Shown: piece after piece, positions 33,158 through 48,699 of the stretch | How the letters are laid out: every line of letters begins with the position of its first letter | Position numbering within the stretch: position 1 is the first letter of the stretch | DNA from: an uncultured delta proteobacterium | GTDB lineage: Bacteria > Myxococcota_A > Polyangia > Polyangiales > Polyangiaceae | DNA: 64,000 nt | Direction of reading: 5' to 3' | Assembly: GCA_963806225.1 (NCBI GenBank) | Contig: CAWDXG010000004.1 | Coordinates: forward strand, 512,001-576,000 | The notes under the pieces: generated by a model | Told to the model about the DNA's origin: nothing | The model's database searches: none | Seen by the model: the letters and a program-made list of their open reading frames with translations, nothing else | Translations under genes and position numbers: made by a program

Positions 33158-33901
33158 TCAACGCATGCCGGCCTGGATCAGCGCCCGGGCGCGTTCCAGG
33201 TCGGCGCTGTCGTCCACCTCGGTCCAGGGCAGATCGCTCACGTCCACGGCCTCGGCCTGGAGCGCGCCGCTCGCGATCAGGCGCGAGTAGACATCCTCGT
33301 AGTAGAGCTGCTCGTCGCCGTCCGCGATAGCCGCCTCGAGCGCGTCGAAAACGCCGTCCGCCATGCCTGCCGAGATGCGCTCGATGCCGATGCTCTCGCC
33401 GGCGGACCCGGCGACTGCGATCTGCTTGCCGAAGGCGAGGATGCGCCGGTCCTCGCCCACCCTCGCTTTCATCGCTTCCTCGTCCAGGTGGCGACCGCTA
33501 TCCAGCGCCGCGGCGAGCGGCGCCGTGCTGGCATCCAGCCGCTCCAGAACCTCCGGCTGGAACACGACATCGCCGTCCAGCTTGAAGAACGCCTCGCCTC
33601 TGACGCCCGCTCGGCACAACGCCAGAGATACCGAGTTCTGCGTGCTGTCGTAGCGCTGATTCGGATAGTACTCGACCCGTGGCGCGACGCCCCGCATCGC
33701 GCCACGCACCGCGTCCTCGCGGTAGCCCGTCGCCAGCACGATGCGTTCGACGCCATAGTCCGAGAGCAGCCGCACCGCGCGCCCTAGAATCGTCTCCCCG
33801 CCGATGTCCACCAGCGCCTTGGGCCTGTCGTCGGTCAGTGGCCTCAGTCGCGAGCCGACACCAGCCACCAGGATCACCGCCACAGTCGTCGTCATGCTCA
33901 T
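33158..33901 (-). CDS. Phosphocholine/sugar-phosphate cytidylyltransferase (LicC-like)
   Basis: ILVAGVGSRL.PLT..PKAL, TQNSVSL, LDGDV, EEAMK, GESIG, YYED and WTEVDD..DL. Confidence 0.85.
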   Translation of the reverse strand: MSMTTTVAVILVAGVGSRLRPLTDDRPKALVDIGGETILGRAVRLLSDYGVERIVLATGYREDAVRGAMRGVAPRVEYYPNQRYDSTQNSVSLALCRAGVRGEAFFKLDGDVVFQPEVLERLDASTAPLAAALDSGRHLDEEAMKARVGEDRRILAFGKQIAVAGSAGESIGIERISAGMADGVFDALEAAIADGDEQLYYEDVYSRLIASGALQAEAVDVSDLPWTEVDDSADLERARALIQAGMR

Positions 33902-33914
33902 CAGCCGGCGACGA

Positions 33915-33943
33915 TTGCACACGGGCACGCGCCTTGCTACTAG
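33915..33943 (+). promoter_or_regulatory. Candidate sigma70 promoter for ino1 (probably leaderless)
   Basis: TTGCAC-N17-TACTAG with TG extension, ending 8 nt before ATG 33952. No SD sequence. Confidence 0.5.
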
Positions 33944-33951
33944 CCGCAGCC

Positions 33952-35265
<1,314 letters not shown>

Positions 35266-35299
35266 TGTTGCCCCCACTCGCGTCGGCTTCGCCTCCGCG

Positions 35300-35353
35300 G
35301 TCTCCCCCAAGCGCGTCCTCGCCGCTTCGCGGCTGCGGGCGCGCGGGGGAGAC
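35300..35353. repeat. REP-like palindromic element
   Basis: GTCTCCCCC...GGGGGAGAC outer stem with an inner GCCGC-TTC-GCGGC hairpin. Confidence 0.55.
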
Positions 35354-35521
35354 GAGCGCGGCGCGGGGCGGGCGCGTGAACGGCGATGCGCGGCTCCTGC
35401 CCGGCGGTGGGGCCGGGCTCTGCCGGGCGGCGCACGCTCCGCGCCGTGGCCTGCCCTGTTGAAATAGAGCGCGACTGAGCACGGCTTCGTGGGCGTGGAC
35501 CGCGTCGATCGGCCACGTCAG

Positions 35522-35632
35522 TTCCTCGCGCGGCTGGGCTACCGCGTGCTCAGGCTGGATGCGGAATTGGTGCTCCAGCGGCTGCCGGAGGCGCTCGCCT
35601 TGGTGCGGGCTGCGCTGGAGGAGGCGGGCTAG
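35522..35632 (+). pseudogene. C-terminal remnant of a DUF559 (Vsr-like) endonuclease
   Basis: Hand translation gives FLARLGYRVLRLDAELVLQRLPEALALVRAALEEAG*. An in-frame stop lies about 55 nt upstream, so no N-terminal domain is present. Confidence 0.6.
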
Positions 35633-35641
35633 CGCCATCGC

Positions 35642-38611
35642 GCTTCAACGGGGCCGCCGCGCGAACGCGGCGGAGAGCGCGGAGCTCGGCGGCGCACCGG
35701 AGGACGTGCTCGAGCTTCAACGGGGCCGCCGCGCGAACGCGGCGGAGAGACTGTCAGGAATCGCTATGCTCCGGCCCGTGGACCAGCTTCAACGGGGCCG
35801 CCGCGCGAACGCGGCGGAGAGAAGCAGCTCGACGAGCAGCGCGCGCAAGCTCAGCTGCTTCAACGGGGCCGCCGCGCGAACGCGGCGGAGAGTCTGATGC
35901 GCCGGATGATTCCCATTGTTCCCTCCTGCTTCAACGGGGCCGCCGCGCGAACGCGGCGGAGAGACCAGAGCCGACAGCAGGCGTACTACGCCATGCTCGA
36001 GCTTCAACGGGGCCGCCGCGCGAACGCGGCGGAGAGTGGGGCTACAGTTCCCCAACAAGCGCGAGGTGCGCGTGCTTCAACGGGGCCGCCGCGCGAACGC
36101 GGCGGAGAGCGACGCGGGGCCGCCCGTCAAGATTAGTCAGCTCGTGCTTCAACGGGGCCGCCGCGCGAACGCGGCGGAGAGGTCCACAACATGATCGAGA
36201 GCATGGTCTCTCGCATCACGCTTCAACGGGGCCGCCGCGCGAACGCGGCGGAGAGTGGGGTCGAGCCAGAGCTCCGTGGGCTTGGTCGCCTCGCTTCAAC
36301 GGGGCCGCCGCGCGAACGCGGCGGAGAGACACGACGCGCCGACTACCTTTATGACCTTAGCTCGGCTTCAACGGGGCCGCCGCGCGAACGCGGCGGAGAG
36401 ACCCGTTGCTCGGAGGTTGCCAGCATCTGATACGGCAGCTTCAACGGGGCCGCCGCGCGAACGCGGCGGAGAGGTGGTCCAGAGTAGCGGGCAAATGGTA
36501 AGCGCGGAAGCTTCAACGGGGCCGCCGCGCGAACGCGGCGGAGAGCCCGTGACGCCGGAATCGCTCGGCGACGTTGCGCAGGCTTCAACGGGGCCGCCGC
36601 GCGAACGCGGCGGAGAGACTACGGCGCGACCGCACCCGTCCCGCTGTTCCGGTTGCTTCAACGGGGCCGCCGCGCGAACGCGGCGGAGAGTTCCCTGCTG
36701 GAGACGGGGAAGGTTGTTCCGACCCTGGCTTCAACGGGGCCGCCGCGCGAACGCGGCGGAGAGACAGCACGCGAGCGCTACCTGCTCCAGTTCGGCATGG
36801 CTTCAACGGGGCCGCCGCGCGAACGCGGCGGAGAGCACGTCGAGATGGTCGGTACCACCGGGCTCACCGATGCTTCAACGGGGCCGCCGCGCGAACGCGG
36901 CGGAGAGGTGCTTACGGGCGAAGACACCGAGACGGTGTGCGAGCTTCAACGGGGCCGCCGCGCGAACGCGGCGGAGAGCCGACGACGTGACGAAGGCGAT
37001 CGAGGACTTCAGCGCGCTTCAACGGGGCCGCCGCGCGAACGCGGCGGAGAGCATGCACGCCGTCGACCTCGTAGTCGTGGAAGGCAGCGCTTCAACGGGG
37101 CCGCCGCGCGAACGCGGCGGAGAGGAGTGTCGCGGACGCCACGCTGGACGGCACTCTGACGCTGCTTCAACGGGGCCGCCGCGCGAACGCGGCGGAGAGC
37201 GTGCTCGGGCTCGAGCTCGAGCGCGACGCCCGACGACGTGCTTCAACGGGGCCGCCGCGCGAACGCGGCGGAGAGGCAAGTGACCGCGGCGGACAGACGC
37301 GCGCGACAGCTGCGAGCTTCAACGGGGCCGCCGCGCGAACGCGGCGGAGAGCAGCCGACGGCGGCGAGCGCATCGCGAGATCGACGTGCTTCAACGGGGC
37401 CGCCGCGCGAACGCGGCGGAGAGACGCTGCGAGCATGCGACGCGACCGCAGCGCGATGCGCCGGCTTCAACGGGGCCGCCGCGCGAACGCGGCGGAGAGG
37501 CCGATCGGCGACGCTGCGAGCCGGCGCGACGCAGCGGCTTCAACGGGGCCGCCGCGCGAACGCGGCGGAGAGGACGCGCTGCGAGTCGCACTGCGAGCCG
37601 CTCGCGGCCGGCTTCAACGGGGCCGCCGCGCGAACGCGGCGGAGAGGCAGGATCCGGCGTAGCTGCGGCAGCGGGTGCACGCTCGCTGGCTTCAACGGGG
37701 CCGCCGCGCGAACGCGGCGGAGAGCGGCGCTGCACGCACGCGCGACGCCGGCGCAGCGTGCTTCAACGGGGCCGCCGCGCGAACGCGGCGGAGAGCGACG
37801 CACGCCGGCACGCTCGTGGCAGCCGCGCTGCGTGCTTCAACGGGGCCGCCGCGCGAACGCGGCGGAGAGCAGTCGCGCTGCAGCGTCGGCATCCGGCCGA
37901 GTACGGCTTCAACGGGGCCGCCGCGCGAACGCGGCGGAGAGCGAGTCGACGCGGCAGCATCGCCAGCGCTGCCGCAGCTTCAACGGGGCCGCCGCGCGAA
38001 CGCGGCGGAGAGTGCCGTAGCCGAGCGATCACGGCCGTGCGCGAGCATCGAGCTTCAACGGGGCCGCCGCGCGAACGCGGCGGAGAGCAGTCGTCAGCGG
38101 CGACGCTGCTCAAGCCGTCGAGCGATGCGCAGCGGCTTCAACGGGGCCGCCGCGCGAACGCGGCGGAGAGGCGGTCGGCATCGCTGGCAGACCTGGCAGC
38201 TGGCGCGCTTCAACGGGGCCGCCGCGCGAACGCGGCGGAGAGCTGCATGGCTGCGGACGTCCGCGACGCGTGCGTCGGCTTCAACGGGGCCGCCGCGCGA
38301 ACGCGGCGGAGAGGCTGACGCTGCCGCGGTCGCTGCCGACTGGCGCCGTCCGGCTTCAACGGGGCCGCCGCGCGAACGCGGCGGAGAGGCATCGGCGATG
38401 CGCCGCCGATCGCGCGACGCCGAGCGGCTTCAATGGGGCCGCCGCGCGAACGCGGCGGAGAGCCGGCGCTCGCGCGATGCGCGACGGCACGCCGGCTCGC
38501 GCGCTTCAACGGGGCCGCCGCGCGAACGCGGCGGAGAGCCGGCGTGCGCGCGGCGCCGAGCTGCGTCGACGCTCGGCTTCAACGGGGCCGCCGCGCGAAC
38601 GCGGCGGAGAG
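35642..38611 (-). CRISPR. CRISPR array, 41 repeats of 36 bp and 40 spacers (35-47 bp), type I-G
   Basis: Plus-strand repeat GCTTCAACGGGGCCGCCGCGCGAACGCGGCGGAGAG. On the minus strand it ends ...GTTGAAGC, with a hairpin CCGCCGCG-TTCG-CGCGGCGG. One variant copy at 38427. Confidence 0.99.
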
Positions 38612-38850
38612 AGACCCCGGAGTCTGTGGGCGAATCCGGGGGCTTGGCAACTGGATGGCGAGCGGTTCGGAATTCGGGCGTGTTTATGGCGTGCATGGTG
38701 GGCGTTGCCGGGCTGTCGCGGACCGGCAACGGGCTTGTTTTCAGGGAGCTGGGCGCCTTGCGAGCGCTGGCGGGGATCCGGACGGCGCCGGACCGCTCGA
38801 TCGTACCGGCCCGCGTCGACGGCGTCACGCACGATGCGCGCGGGCACAGG
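38612..38850 (-). promoter_or_regulatory. CRISPR leader
   Basis: Non-coding gap between the cas2 stop and the first repeat, less GC-rich than the flanks, consistent with repeat orientation. Confidence 0.7.
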
Positions 38851-39141
38851 CTAGGCGACGATCGCATGACGTTCGGGGTGGGTGTAGGTGCGACCGAGCG
38901 AGCGGATGGACGTGCTGCCACGGCCTTCGACGGGGCCCACGTCGACGAACAGCACCTGGTCCTGATCGTTGTGGATGATGTCGCCGAGACGCGAGCGCAA
39001 CTCGACCAGCTCGCGGCGGCTGAGCTCGCACTGGAAGACCGAGAGCTGGAGGTGGTCGCCGTAGCCGCGCATCAGCTTGAAGACCTTGCGCAGGCGCTTG
39101 GGGTTCGAGATGTCGTAGCTGACGATGTAGGTCTGGCGCAT
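38851..39141 (-). CDS. cas2: CRISPR-associated Cas2
   Basis: YIVSYDIS..KRLRKV.K...YG..LQLSVFQC, 96 aa, next to the array. Confidence 0.96.
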   Translation of the reverse strand: MRQTYIVSYDISNPKRLRKVFKLMRGYGDHLQLSVFQCELSRRELVELRSRLGDIIHNDQDQVLFVDVGPVEGRGSTSIRSLGRTYTHPERHAIVA

Positions 39142-39167
39142 CGGGTGCCTCGCTGGTGGTGAGGGCG

Positions 39168-41118
39168 CTAGCGCGTGCGGAACGCCGGATATTCGTTAAT
39201 CTCGCCGAGCAGCAGGCGGCCGAGCAGGCGCGCCTGCACCTCGAGCACGCGGCGGTAGCTGATGCGGTAGCCGAAGACGGGATGGGTGACGAGGTGATCC
39301 ATCCGTCGCTCGTAGGCGAGGATCAGGCGGCGGCGAGCGGGCTGCTTGATCGAGACGGCCACCGCTGTGCGCACGAAGTCGTCGGGCTGGACCTCGCCGT
39401 TGTTGATCGCGCTCACCACGACGGAGTCGGCCACAATCGGGCGGAACTCTTCCATCAGATCGAGCGCGAGCGCGGGCCGGCCGAAACGGGGCTGGTGGTA
39501 GAAGCCGAGCAGCGGATCGAGACCCGACGGCGGCGAGGGTGACGTTGAAGTCCTTCGCCAGGAGCGCGTAGCAGAACGACAGCAGCGCGTTGATGGGATC
39601 GCGCGGCGGGCGGCGGTTGCGGCCGTCCAGGTCGAAGGCGTCGCGGATGCCGGGCTCGTCCTTGAGCATGCCGGTGAACGCGCCGAAGTAGACGCGCGCC
39701 GCCGTGCCCTCGATGCCGAGCAGGCTCTCGAGCGAGCCCACCTCCCCCGCCTTGCGTGCGAGCTGCTTCAGCTCGAAGAGGACGGTGGCGTCGGGGGCGC
39801 GGTGGTTGCGGCGCAACAGCGTGCGACAGTTGAGGATCTTCGAGACGACGAAGCCCTGCGCGAGGCCGAGGCACGTCGCGAGGTCCGTCGCGCCGGCGTA
39901 CTGCGCCAGACGCAGCTCGACGTTCTTCGAGTCATGACCCGTGGCGCGCCCCACCAGCCAGCCGCCGTAGGTGAAGAACGAGACAGGTATGCCTCGCTCC
40001 AGCAGCGCGCGCAGCGCCTGCGACGTGAACTGCACGTTGCCGAACAGCGAGACCTGCGAGGTGTTCACCAGTCGCGACTCCACCGCCTTTTCTTTCGGCC
40101 GCCGGACGCAGATCCGCTCGCCGTCGAGCGCGATGCGCGCGCCCTGCTCCTGCACGTACACCGGCAGGCGGTCGTCGCGAGCGGGGTGGAGGCGTCGGAG
40201 CTCTGCCGGCTCCTCCGCAGGCGGGTCGCCGGCCAGGCCCCACGGATCCTTCTCCATCGGGCCGTACATGTCCGGCGCGTAGCTGCGCCAGTCGAACCCC
40301 TCGGGCGCGGGCTCTGCCTCCGGCTCGGGTGGCGAGCCGCGCTCGAGCGTCTTCAGCAGCGTCACCTCGTCCGGCAGGCAGATGCCGACGAGCGAACAGC
40401 CCGTGCACTTGGGGCTGTCCTCGAGCGGTGGCGGCAGTGCGTCGCTTCGAGCGATCTCCCGCGCGCGCTCGACGGCGCGCAGCGTCCGGGACTCCAGCTC
40501 GGCGTCGATCGCGATCGGCACGCGCTTGCGCTCCGCGGCGTAGTAGATGGCCGCCTCGTCACAGCCGTAGCCCGCGTCGCGCAGCAGGAGCACCTGCGCG
40601 CAGAGCTGGGCGCGCTCCGGCAGGTAGGCGCCCTCGCGCAGCTTCGGCCGCTTGCCCCGCTTGTACTCGACGGGCATGACTCGGCCGCCCTGCCCCACAT
40701 CCACCACGTCGATCTTCGCGGTCAACCCCAGTCGCTCGGACGACAGCCACACCGAGCGCGCCTGGTAGGGCTCGTCCCCCTTCGTCCGTGGCGGCGCTGT
40801 TCGCGGGATCGGCGTTGTCGTCCCCTTCCCGTCGCCCTCGTCATCGCGCTCCGGGGGCTCCGGCAGCCCACGGCCCGGCTTGTCGGCGCGCTTGTGCACC
40901 GCACGCCCGTCCGCCGTGAAGTAGTTGTCCGCGAACTCCCCCTGCACCCACTCGAGCGCCATCAGGCGCTCGCAGTAGAGGAGCTCGTTCACCATGCGGG
41001 CGGGGACGAGATCGGGGGGAGCCCCGGGCAGAGGGCGTCGGGGGAGGGGTTTGGCGCGGGCGGAGGGCTGCGTAGCCTCCGGTCGGTGCGCGTCGCGATC
41101 GGCCCCGTCAGGTTCCAT
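39168..41118 (-). CDS. cas4/cas1: Cas4-Cas1 fusion; apparent frameshift near 39524
   Basis: Cas4: [35 protein letters not shown]. Cas1: [27 protein letters not shown], then [23 protein letters not shown] in the shifted frame. Confidence 0.93.
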
Positions 41119-41122
41119 GGCG

Positions 41123-42851
41123 TTACTCCGCCGCGGCGAACGCCCCTTCCCATGCAACGTCGGGTCTGAACAACCCGAGCCCGAAATGCGATGCGTAGCC
41201 GAGGGCGATCGGACCGCGAACGGGCTGGTCGAACACGAGGTGCAGGCCAAACCCGGCTGCGACCGGGGGTCGCCGGTTCTCGCGGGCCCGCTCGCGCCGG
41301 AAGTGTCGCCAGCGCGTGGAGAGCCGCGGCGACGGCGCGGAGTCGACATTTCCGCCTGCGCCGAGTGCGACGGTCGGAGCGCGCTTCTGCCAGAGCGCCC
41401 AGAAGTCGGACAGCTCCGCGTACCCGCGCTGATCGCCGCGCTCGATTTCCACCTCGATGCTCGCGGGCACGGGCAACCCCCGCGACTCGAGCTCGGCGCG
41501 GATCTGTCCCTCGAGGGAATTGGCGCCGCGGGGTTTGAGGTGACGAGGCGGAACGAACGGCGTTGCGCTCGACCACGAAACGGCGCGCCCGACGTGCGGG
41601 ACGAGCTGCTCGAAGTCCTCGCGTTGCCCGAGACCGGCGAGGGTGAGAAAGAGCTTCGGCACGTTTGTCTTCCGACGCGTTTCCCGAAGTCGACGCAAGG
41701 CAGCCAGGGCGCCCTCGTCGAACCCCATCGGTGCATGCACCAGAAAGTGATCGAGTCGCTGATCGGCAGCCAGCTCCGATCGGTCCAGGCACAGCGGCAG
41801 CAGATGGGCGTGCTGGTGTCCACGTAACGGTTCTCCCGAAGGGTCCTTGCCCGTGAGACAACGCGAAGGCTCCTCGCCGTCCCATGTCGAAGCCGACACC
41901 AGCTCGGCATGCAGGCGTTCCGCCCGGAGCAGGCTGGCGACCAATGCTGGGCAGCGCTTCGCCGTTCGCCGTGTCGGACGAGACGGCCAGGAGCGCGGTG
42001 TCGACCGGTTTCCGCCTCTGCGAACGCGCCTGCGGGGCCACCGTGTGTCTGAGCGCGTCCTCGGGTCGCCAGTACGACAGCGCTCGCGCTCCTGGAGGCT
42101 GGTTCCACCCCGCCTTGTGCAGACTTGCGGTGTCGACGCGAAGCGCATCGAGAATCGTCGGGGGGATGAGCTCGTCGATCCGGGCAAGCTGTTTTTTTCC
42201 GAGCTTCGTGGGCGGCGCCTTGTTCTTCTTCTCTGCTCGTTCGCGCTCGGCGGCCAGCAGGGACTCGTGCTCCCGCTCGAATGCGGCGGTCCGCCAGCGC
42301 GCGTACTCCTCCGTGGGCATGGGCGCGAGCAGCTCGATGCGCTCGTAGCCACGCCCGGGCGCCGCCTCCGAGTGAGCGCAGCGCCGGAGCCCCTCCGGCA
42401 TCGCTCCCACCCGGCGTGCGTCGACCCACGACTCCGCACGGCCCAGATAGGTGAAGCGCGGGATCAGGACGTCGAGCATCCGTTCCTCGGCCTCGGTCAG
42501 CTCGACCGGCCACTCGAGCCCCAGCACCGCGCCGGGCCCGGTACCCACGTAGGCGAAGGCGTCAATCACCTTGTCCGGCGACCCCTTGTACACGGGCATG
42601 TAGTGCCGCGTGTGCGCGCCGGCCGCTGGCGGAAGCCAGTACTCCGGCGGTTCGAGACAGAGTCGCTCGACGAGCGCAATCGCGTCGGGCGGCACATCCG
42701 TCCACCCGAGCTTGTTGAAACCGGTACCGATCAAGGCCCGAACAACACGCCACGGACTGGGTGGCCACTCGACAACGCCCTCGTTGACGTGTCGCCCCCA
42801 TGGCGTGGCGTGATAGCGACCCGCAGGGAACTCGAACGCAAGCCGAAGCAT
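41123..42851 (-). CDS. csb2: Type I-G Csb2 (Cas5/Cas6 fusion); apparent frameshift near 41950
   Basis: GRYHATPW...EWPPSPWR..RAL, YLGRAESWV, W.SATPFVPPRH and the C-terminal GPIALGYASHFGLGLF loop. Confidence 0.9.
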
Positions 42852-42853
42852 GG

Positions 42854-46015
<3,162 letters not shown>

Positions 46016-46019
<4 letters not shown>

Positions 46020-48667
46020 GCGTCCTCCACGGTCGAAAGCCGCGACGCTCTTGCGTCGGCGGCACGGAGCAGCGCTTCGAGATACGCCAGCTTGAACGGT
46101 CCATGTCTTTCGCGGAGCCGGCTCACGCGCTCCGTCCACGAAGCCCCGTAGAGTCTTCCGAGGCCCATTGCCGCTGCCGAAAGCGACAGCTCGAGCGTCG
46201 GGAGCGCGTGACGTTCGCCCTCGGCGTTGCAGAGTTCGAATGCCGGAACCTGGTCGCCCTCGCGCACGCCGTGGATGTCGCCCATTCCCCGTTCCTGGTC
46301 GTGCGGCGTGCCCGTCCAGGCGCAGCGGACCTTCCCGTGATGCGCGCACACCAGGAACGCGACGAGGTCGAAGTCCTCCGGCTCGAGCGCCGCGATCTCG
46401 GCCGCCAGCGGGTGGTCCGCCGGCACGCGCAGCTCCTCGCCCAGTTCGGGCGGCGTCTCGCCCATGGCCTGCATCAGCTCGACGTGGGGACCGAGGAGCG
46501 CCGGATGCTTCGGGTCCGCGCGCCGCAGCAGCTCGAACAGCGCCAGCGTGCTCACGAGCTCGTGGCGGAAACCCTGCCGCTCCGGATAGGGCGGACGGCG
46601 CCATGCGCCATCCGGTGCCTTGGCGAGATCGCGCCGCTCGCCGTACTTCTCCGCGCTGTGTCGGGCCTCGTCCTTGATGGCCCCCTGGAACACCGCGTGC
46701 GCCTTGCCGGCGTCGTGCCAGCGCGCGGCGAGCTCCAGCAGCCGTCCGAGATCCGGGTCGAGGCGGAGAGCCTCGACGAGTTGCCGCATCTCCTCGCCAG
46801 CTTCCCTGCCGTGCGTGGCGATCGTCTTCCAGCCGGCGATCGAGAGACTGTCATCCCCCTCGCTCTCCGCCGACTGGTCGTAGCGCTGGGCCACGTCGTC
46901 CTGCGTTGCGGCGTGAGCCGGCGGAGCGAGAACGGGGCCCGGAGCCTTCGGATCCCAGCCGCGCTCGTGCGAGTACCCGCCCGCCTGTGCCGGTACGAGC
47001 ACGCGCAACCCCGGATGTAGTTGACGCGCGTTGCCGCGCGCCCAGGTGCCCTCCAGGTAGTCGAGCACGTAGAACGGGTTTTCGGCGAGCCACTTCCGCG
47101 CCTCGCCGATGGGTGCCGGGCACAGCTCCGCGCGCCGGACCGGGCCAACATCCCGCACGGGCATCGATCGAGCGTCTTCCTCCACCGGTCTCCAGAACAC
47201 GCTGATGTCGCGTTCCTCGCCCGAACGGATGTAGCGGCTTACGTCGAGATCATTGCCGCTGAGGTCCGGCGCCGTGTCGAACAGCTCGTCCAGATCCCGA
47301 CGCCGGAGCACGTGTGTGGGGTCGTAGGGATACAGTCGCGCGATCAACCCGGCGCCGTCGGCGTCGCCCCTCAAGCCATCCTCGAACGCCTCGAGGTTGC
47401 GTGGCGAAACATCGGCTTCGCCAGCCAGAAGCCGCGACAGCGCTTCCTCGGCCGCCATGAGCTCGCCCAGCGAATAGGGCAACGCCTTGCCTTCGTCCTT
47501 CGGTACCGCTCCGACGACGCACACTTCGCCGGCATCGCCCTCGTAGCGTGCCGCGCGACCGAATCGCTGGACGAGGCTCGGCCAGGGAGCGAGCTCGCTC
47601 ACGAGCAGGCGTGCCGAGATGTCCACGCCGGCTTCCACCACCTGTGTGGCCACAATGATCCGCCCAGCCTCGGGCTTCGTCGCATCGCGGTGCAGGAATT
47701 CGTCCGCCCACGCGCTGCGCTCTGCCCCCCGGAAGCGGCTGTGTACCAGCCGCAGGTCGGGAGCGTCGACGCGCCGGGCACGCTTCTTCCCCTTGCCTTC
47801 GGACAGCCGCTTGTCGAGCTCGTCGAACACCGCCGTGGCCGTGTCGACGCGGTTCACCACGATCAGGCTCAGACTGCCGGCCTGGTGCGCTGCGAGCGCG
47901 GTGTCCGCGATCTCGCCTGGCGTCGTCACATCCGTCCGGCGGCCCAGCGCCTTCTTCACGTCCCACAGGCCGCCCGCACGCGCCGAAGCCGGAATGCAGA
48001 GCATGCTCTCGCTCAACTCCGGGACCCGCTCCGCAACGTCCACGGTTCCGAGCCAGTCGGGCTGCAACGTGGCGCTCATCCACCAGGTTGCGGCGGGCCG
48101 CAGCCGGCCGCGCACGGAGGCAGCGTCCGCCGCTCTGAAGGCCCCGAGCTGCGCGCTGGTGGCGAGCCCGACATCCATGAGCTGGATCTCGTCGAGCACC
48201 CACAGCGCGTCGTGTTGAAGCAGGCCGAAATCCACAGGCCAGCGCGCGCGGGGCGCCGCGTAGCCGCGATTCAGCGCGCGCGAGAGCATCATGTCCTGCG
48301 TCCCGACGAGGATCGCCGGGCGTTCCGGCGTGAGCGCCCACTCGCCCGCGTCACTCCCGCCCATCAACACATGCAGGCCCACCGCCTCGGCAACTCCGGC
48401 TTCCCGGAGCCAAGCCGAGATCGCACGCTCGGTCTGCTCGACCAGCACGCGCATCGGCAGCGTGAACACCAGGCGCCGCGGCCAGGCCGGGTCGCCCCGC
48501 TTCACCGCGTTGTAGAGCCAGGCAAGCACCACCCCCGCCGTCTTGCCGAACCCTGTCGGCACGCGGAGCAGGCGATCTTCGAGCGCCTCGGCCGCCCCCA
48601 GCTCCGCCTGCCACGGATGCGGCTCGAAGCCGGAGATCGTCTGGAACCACTTTGAATATTCAGACAT
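46016..48667 (-). CDS. cas3: Type I-G Cas3 (N-terminal helicase, C-terminal HD nuclease)
   Basis: PHPWQ, PTGFGKT, GTQDM.LSRALNRGY, LDEIQ, MSAT, HSRFR, ATQVVEAG and QRFGR, then WHDAGK, RHEL, HHGK and LRAAD. Confidence 0.93.
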
Positions 48668-48699
48668 TGCGCTCCGCCCGTCGCCCTCTCCAGGTTGTC

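Noticed and set aside
35678..35713. Trailer-end spacer shares 17 nt (GCGCCGCCGAGCTCCGC) with the WYL gene at 48812-48828, near the cas3 upstream region; possible autoregulatory guide
   Set aside because: The match is at the PAM-distal end of the predicted crRNA, not the seed, and a 17-mer of nearly pure G/C is plausible by chance here.
35559..38978. Many ORFs with LQRGRRANAAE / ASTGPPRERGGE repeats
   Set aside because: They are translations of the CRISPR repeat, not proteins.
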